From positions 2,656,001-2,720,000 of the forward strand of contig OY759316.1 in assembly GCA_963662275.1 (NCBI GenBank): a stretch of 64,000 nucleotides of DNA, written 5' to 3'. Below, piece after piece: positions 59,731 through 64,000 of this stretch; the first letter of the stretch is position 1; each line of letters opens with the position of its first letter. Position numbers and translations under genes: made by a program. The stretch is from Candidatus Cloacimonadales bacterium (GTDB lineage: Bacteria; Cloacimonadota; Cloacimonadia; Cloacimonadales; DAONDQ01). The notes under the pieces are model-generated. The model saw only the letters and a program-made list of their open reading frames with translations, searched no databases and was not told the origin of the DNA.

Positions 59731-60936
59731 ATGAAGACGATTATCATTCTTGGTGATGGCATGGCAGATTATCCATTGAAGGAACTAGGAAATAGAACCC
59801 CTTTAATGGCAGCTCATAAACCCAATATTGACCGTTTAGCTCAACTGGGGCGTTGTGGTAGATTGATAACAGTCCCTGCGAATCTACCTGCTGGTTCAGA
59901 GGTAGCAAATATGTCCGTACTTGGTTATGATGTTCAGGAAGTATATCAGGGTCGAGGTGTTTTAGAAGCTGCTGCTATGGGTGTAAAACTCGAGTCAGAA
60001 GATCTCACAATGCGTTGTAATCTTATTTGCATACAGAATGGGCTTATCAAGAATCATTCAGCAGGACATATTTCTACTGTGGAAGCTCATGAATTGATTG
60101 ACGCTCTTAATCAGGAGTTCTCGAACAAGATTATGCACTTCTATCCAGGAGTTAGCTACCGTCACATTTTTGTTTTAAAGAATGGATCTCCAAATATATT
60201 GTTAACCCCTCCACATGATGTGCCTGGTACACCATGGAAGGATGTACTTCCGACATCCAGTCAACCTGAAGGAGATGCAACAGCTACAATTCTAAAGGAT
60301 TTGATCATTCATTCCCAGTCAATATTAGAAGCACATCCCATTAATATCGAACGAGTGAAACAAGGAAAAGATCCGGCGAATTCAGTCTGGTTCTGGTCTG
60401 CTGGTAAACGTCCAAAGATGAAGACCTACATGGAATTATACGGAAAAACTGGGGCTGTGATCTCTGCTGTTGATCTTTTACATGGTATTGGTGTCTATGC
60501 CGGATTCAAAGTCATACACGTTGAAGGTGCAACTGGACTCTATAATACTAATTATGAAGGAAAAGTACAAGCTGCACTTGAAGCAATCAAGGATGTAGAC
60601 CTTGTTTATCTACATATCGAAGCAGCGGATGAAGCCGGACATGAAGGTAATATTGAACTAAAAGTAAAATGCATTGAAGCCTTGGATGAAAGAGTAGTCA
60701 AACCTATCCTGGAAGAAGCTGTAAATCAAGATAATCCCTTCACAATTGCCTTATTACCTGATCATCCAACACCATGTGCTGTTCGTACTCATACTTATGA
60801 TCCTGTTCCTTTTATCATTTATTCACCTGGCGAGTTTCCCGATGTTGTGAAACAATATGATGAAGAAAGCGCTTTCAAAGGTTCCTATGGATTGATGGAA
60901 AGTAAAGATTTTATAAGAACACTATTTCAGAAATGA
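59731..60936 (+). CDS. ApgM-type cofactor-independent phosphoglycerate mutase family protein (proposed homoserine kinase subgroup)
   Basis: GDGMAD, GSEVAN.S.LGY, GRG.LEAA, H.EA.DEAGH and DHPTP motifs; directly follows thrC. Confidence 0.88.
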   Translation: MKTIIILGDGMADYPLKELGNRTPLMAAHKPNIDRLAQLGRCGRLITVPANLPAGSEVANMSVLGYDVQEVYQGRGVLEAAAMGVKLESEDLTMRCNLICIQNGLIKNHSAGHISTVEAHELIDALNQEFSNKIMHFYPGVSYRHIFVLKNGSPNILLTPPHDVPGTPWKDVLPTSSQPEGDATATILKDLIIHSQSILEAHPINIERVKQGKDPANSVWFWSAGKRPKMKTYMELYGKTGAVISAVDLLHGIGVYAGFKVIHVEGATGLYNTNYEGKVQAALEAIKDVDLVYLHIEAADEAGHEGNIELKVKCIEALDERVVKPILEEAVNQDNPFTIALLPDHPTPCAVRTHTYDPVPFIIYSPGEFPDVVKQYDEESAFKGSYGLMESKDFIRTLFQK

Positions 60937-61020
60937 GGCAAGTACTTAGTTTTTATTATTATTAAGAATATCTTAGGATTTTCTTTATTACTCTGTTTCT
61001 ATAATTAATGGAGGATAGTT

Positions 61021-62196
61021 ATGAAATCTGTTGTTGTTTTGCTCCTTTGCTTCCTGACAATATGCGCCTGCACTCAAAATAAAACCGCTGAATTAATCAA
61101 AATTAAACCCATACCAAAGCATGATTTTGTAGAATTAAGTGAACCAGGTCACACATATTTCAGGAACTTTAATATAGTTCAACAAACTGAGGGACAATTA
61201 CTTATCTGTACATCTGTGCAACAAAAAAATAATACATCTCAGGACCCTAGTCTTGAGCTGATCAAAATAGATGACAATCTGAAGATTTATTCGCATCTGA
61301 AGGTTAAACAGCCTTATAGCATTCTGGCTATACATAAATACAAAGATGAATTGATTCTAGCTGTTGAGAATTACGAAACCCATGTTCCTGCAATTCTTCA
61401 TATCAATCAATTTGAAAAATTAGGTCTACAAAATGAATTACCCATACAGTTATCTTCGAAGTGTATATCAGAACTTGATAAAACTGAATTGTTACTTTTT
61501 GATAAGATTACAGACCGTTATGGGCATGAACGATTTGCTTACAATTCGTATAATTTTGATGGTAAGCTAAAACGAGATATCACGATTTCAGATAAAGTAA
61601 TTCAGGAAGTCCTTTCTCCATATTGGTTCGCTCCAGTCGGAAGTTATCTCAACAAAGAACAGGGAGTTACTTTTGCAGTAATAGATACACTCAATCGCAC
61701 ACAATATCTGAAAAGAATCTCCTGGGATGGGAATGATTCATATTCATCAATGGGATACAAATTTCCTATTTCTGCGATAACTTCCTACAGAGATACTACT
61801 TATGTCTGTGGTATATTAGAGAAAACAAACCAGTTGCAAATCAGTGAACTAGATTCATTTTTAAGCGAAAAACAGCGTATTGTATATGATAACTTGAAAT
61901 CTGATTCCTGGATTAAAGGTATCATACGACTTCCGAATGGATTTGCTATCCTAAATAATTTTTTTCTAACGAATGAAAAAGTAGCAACTACCAATATCCA
62001 GATTCTCTTCTTCGATTTACATGGAGACCTCGTTTCAAGTGAAGAGATCGGGAATTTTCGTAATGATGTGGCAGTTGCATTTGAAATACTGGCACCTGAT
62101 AAAGTCTGCGTGTTTGGATGGACGTCGGAAGAAACCTATGTAAAAGCAAATAGATTAATATACGGGACAGTAGAGATACCTGAGAAACTCAAGTGA
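61021..62196 (+). CDS. Hypothetical lipoprotein (possibly beta-propeller)
   Basis: Lipobox ICAC; beta-rich sequence with a ...D..G....W/S pattern; GGAGG RBS. Confidence 0.6.
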   Translation: MKSVVVLLLCFLTICACTQNKTAELIKIKPIPKHDFVELSEPGHTYFRNFNIVQQTEGQLLICTSVQQKNNTSQDPSLELIKIDDNLKIYSHLKVKQPYSILAIHKYKDELILAVENYETHVPAILHINQFEKLGLQNELPIQLSSKCISELDKTELLLFDKITDRYGHERFAYNSYNFDGKLKRDITISDKVIQEVLSPYWFAPVGSYLNKEQGVTFAVIDTLNRTQYLKRISWDGNDSYSSMGYKFPISAITSYRDTTYVCGILEKTNQLQISELDSFLSEKQRIVYDNLKSDSWIKGIIRLPNGFAILNNFFLTNEKVATTNIQILFFDLHGDLVSSEEIGNFRNDVAVAFEILAPDKVCVFGWTSEETYVKANRLIYGTVEIPEKLK

Positions 62197-62294
62197 TAAG
62201 TAAAAAAACTGATAAGAGAAGAGAAGAAACATATATAGTATAAATTATAACGGATAATTCATATTTGCTAGATTGAGATCTATATTTAACTCTC

Positions 62295-64000
62295 CTAAAA
62301 TGTCTTACTAATCTTAAACCAGGAAGTTTCGGAAGTTTTATATATGGTATCCAAATATTCATCCTCAGTTGATTTAAAACCTATATATATCTTCGTTGTG
62401 GAATTCATAAACCAGTGCATTGTACAGAAATAACCAACATGCTGAGTCATACCCATCATTTCATAATTATTGTATCGAACTCCCGAAACGAGTTTCAAAT
62501 CTTTACTGAATGTTAACTCCATGTCCAAATTAGTTACATCGTATTCATTATCACCCCGCACTCCAGATAGATAAGCTGTCGCAGGAGGTAAATCATTCCA
62601 TATGATATGATTATTGCGAAAGATATAAGAGACTACCGGTCCTAGAAATCCGTTGATTCCAGCATAATAGTATGAGTTTTGATAGTTCTGATACGGGTCA
62701 ATTAATGAATATAGTATCGTTCTCCCCGTACCCATCCCAACATATCCACTACATGTCAGCCAGCGGTCAGTACCTATATTCACATCAATATTATGCCAGG
62801 GAATCAGCTCATCATTTGGTAATCTATCTGCTCCTAAGCTTCCATTGATAGTTATACTGAATCGAGGAGTAAAAGTAATGGCATTTGTTAATCGAGTATC
62901 GAAAGTTCTTATTTGATGATTCCCTTCATGTTCCCAAGTCGTATTTCCGCTGCTGCCCCAATACATGGTTCGAACGAATGAATCCCTAAAATTATCATCA
63001 TAATCAATGGAATATCCACACCCCAGAAGGTTAACATCGAATCTGGCATAATCTGCACCCATGCCAGGTATATATTTTGGAGTAATTTCCCTACAATATA
63101 TGTAAGACAGGAATTTTCCAATTGTTTGTGTCGAAGAAAATGCTGCAAAATGTCCGTTACTATCCTCCATACCTTTTCTTTTATCAATACTTTCTGCAAA
63201 CTGCGCTTGAACCTTCCAAGTAGGAGAGATCTGAAGGAATGGAGCTGTGTATAACAAGTAGTTGTATTTTTGCGTTTCTCTATTGGTCCTTCCTAAGAAT
63301 GTAAACTGGGAATTGAATCTACCATATCGCGGTTTAAAGGCAATAAGGTTATAAGTATCAGCAGGATTAATAACGATAGAATCTTCTGTTGTTTCCTTAT
63401 CTTGTGCGCTTAGAAAACCTATATTCCAATTTTTACCACTATCAGTAAATTTGATTGCATACTGTGGCTGCATAATTCTGCGAGTATAAAATTGTGCTTC
63501 ATTCACACCGAATGCATTTAAGTCTTCCGTGAAGAAAATGCGATTTTCAGGTAATTGCGGAGGGTATTTATCGTTATGTGAATCCCTTTCCTCATCCACA
63601 GGTACTTCCGTAAAGTCTGGATTAAATGCCATTTTTACAGAAGAGTTACTAGTAGGACGATAAACAATGTTCAATCCCACATGCTTGGGATCAAAAGTAC
63701 TCTTTTCTGTTAGCATGTCATAAGAATGATAGAAATATGGAATTACATAATAGTTCTTCGGCATTTCAATAGACTCTCTGATTGTCATCGGTTCGAAGGC
63801 ATCAAAATACTGCCTGGGGCTCATTCCAGAGACTGGATTAAATGGATTCGAATAAGAAGAGACTGTGCTTTGTACCTGCCTGGCTATGGAAAAAGACCAC
63901 TGGTATGGAGGGTTACCGCAAAACCTTAAATCACGGAATGGAATCGTCATTCTGATTGTCCATAACTTCCCTGAATATGAAGATTCACAATCATAAAGAC
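62295..64000 (-). CDS. DUF5916/CBM9-like outer-membrane protein; 5' end lies beyond the window
   Basis: W...M.IPF..LRF, NPDF..V..D, LPE.R.FF.E and FYTRRI motifs; terminal F.KIS.TF beta-barrel signature; frame open to the window edge. Confidence 0.75.
   Translation of the reverse strand, partial: LYDCESSYSGKLWTIRMTIPFRDLRFCGNPPYQWSFSIARQVQSTVSSYSNPFNPVSGMSPRQYFDAFEPMTIRESIEMPKNYYVIPYFYHSYDMLTEKSTFDPKHVGLNIVYRPTSNSSVKMAFNPDFTEVPVDEERDSHNDKYPPQLPENRIFFTEDLNAFGVNEAQFYTRRIMQPQYAIKFTDSGKNWNIGFLSAQDKETTEDSIVINPADTYNLIAFKPRYGRFNSQFTFLGRTNRETQKYNYLLYTAPFLQISPTWKVQAQFAESIDKRKGMEDSNGHFAAFSSTQTIGKFLSYIYCREITPKYIPGMGADYARFDVNLLGCGYSIDYDDNFRDSFVRTMYWGSSGNTTWEHEGNHQIRTFDTRLTNAITFTPRFSITINGSLGADRLPNDELIPWHNIDVNIGTDRWLTCSGYVGMGTGRTILYSLIDPYQNYQNSYYYAGINGFLGPVVSYIFRNNHIIWNDLPPATAYLSGVRGDNEYDVTNLDMELTFSKDLKLVSGVRYNNYEMMGMTQHVGYFCTMHWFMNSTTKIYIGFKSTEDEYLDTIYKTSETSWFKISKTF

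Noticed and set aside
652..63929. Numerous short antisense or overlapping ORFs in the track (e.g. 1970..2221, 2514..2879, 40571..40897, 54582..55265)
   Set aside because: They are shadows of well-supported genes on the opposite strand or frame and show no independent motifs.
1..64000. tRNA/rRNA genes, integrase, transposase, prophage or reverse transcriptase
   Set aside because: None was recognisable by eye. Intergenic gaps are short and explained by promoters, terminators and small repeats. A tRNAscan/Infernal run would be needed to exclude small ncRNAs.

Overview
64 kb of AT-rich chromosome from a diderm, probably anaerobic bacterium. The gene set (lipid A acyltransferase, MCE transporter, FlgD/T9SS-type C-terminal domain protein, NuoEFG-like flavoenzyme) suggests an FCB-group organism such as Cloacimonadota; that assignment is inference only. 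Most of the window is housekeeping: recF-dnaN-HU, a ROK kinase, an Mla/MCE operon, TldD/PmbA, CreD, a hybrid histidine kinase, a NuoE/NuoF/GltD-fusion complex, trxA-rph, surE-pcm, a serine palmitoyltransferase-like enzyme, TetR-TolC-MFP-RND efflux, and a metY-like/thrC/apgM cluster. There are two small accessory islets: a truncated ImmA/IrrE peptidase plus an intact SIR2-TPR protein (18.3-21.0 kb), and an orphan DNA methyltransferase with an Mrr-like tail (48.7-50.1 kb). Both sit among dense small repeats (GTAG-hairpin REP-like units, a ~200 bp MITE/REPIN-like element, heptamer runs and 11-bp arrays). I found no rRNA, tRNA, CRISPR array or transposase. The most notable observations are: (1) RecF ends in five translated GTAG-hairpin REP-like units; (2) a candidate single-gene SIR2-TPR defence system; (3) two apparent pseudo-enzymes in intact operons, an MCE ATPase and an amidohydrolase next to TldD/E; (4) a likely electron-bifurcating NfnABC/Bfu-type complex; (5) a probable sphingolipid-initiating SPT. 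All product calls come from motif recognition by eye, not database searches.
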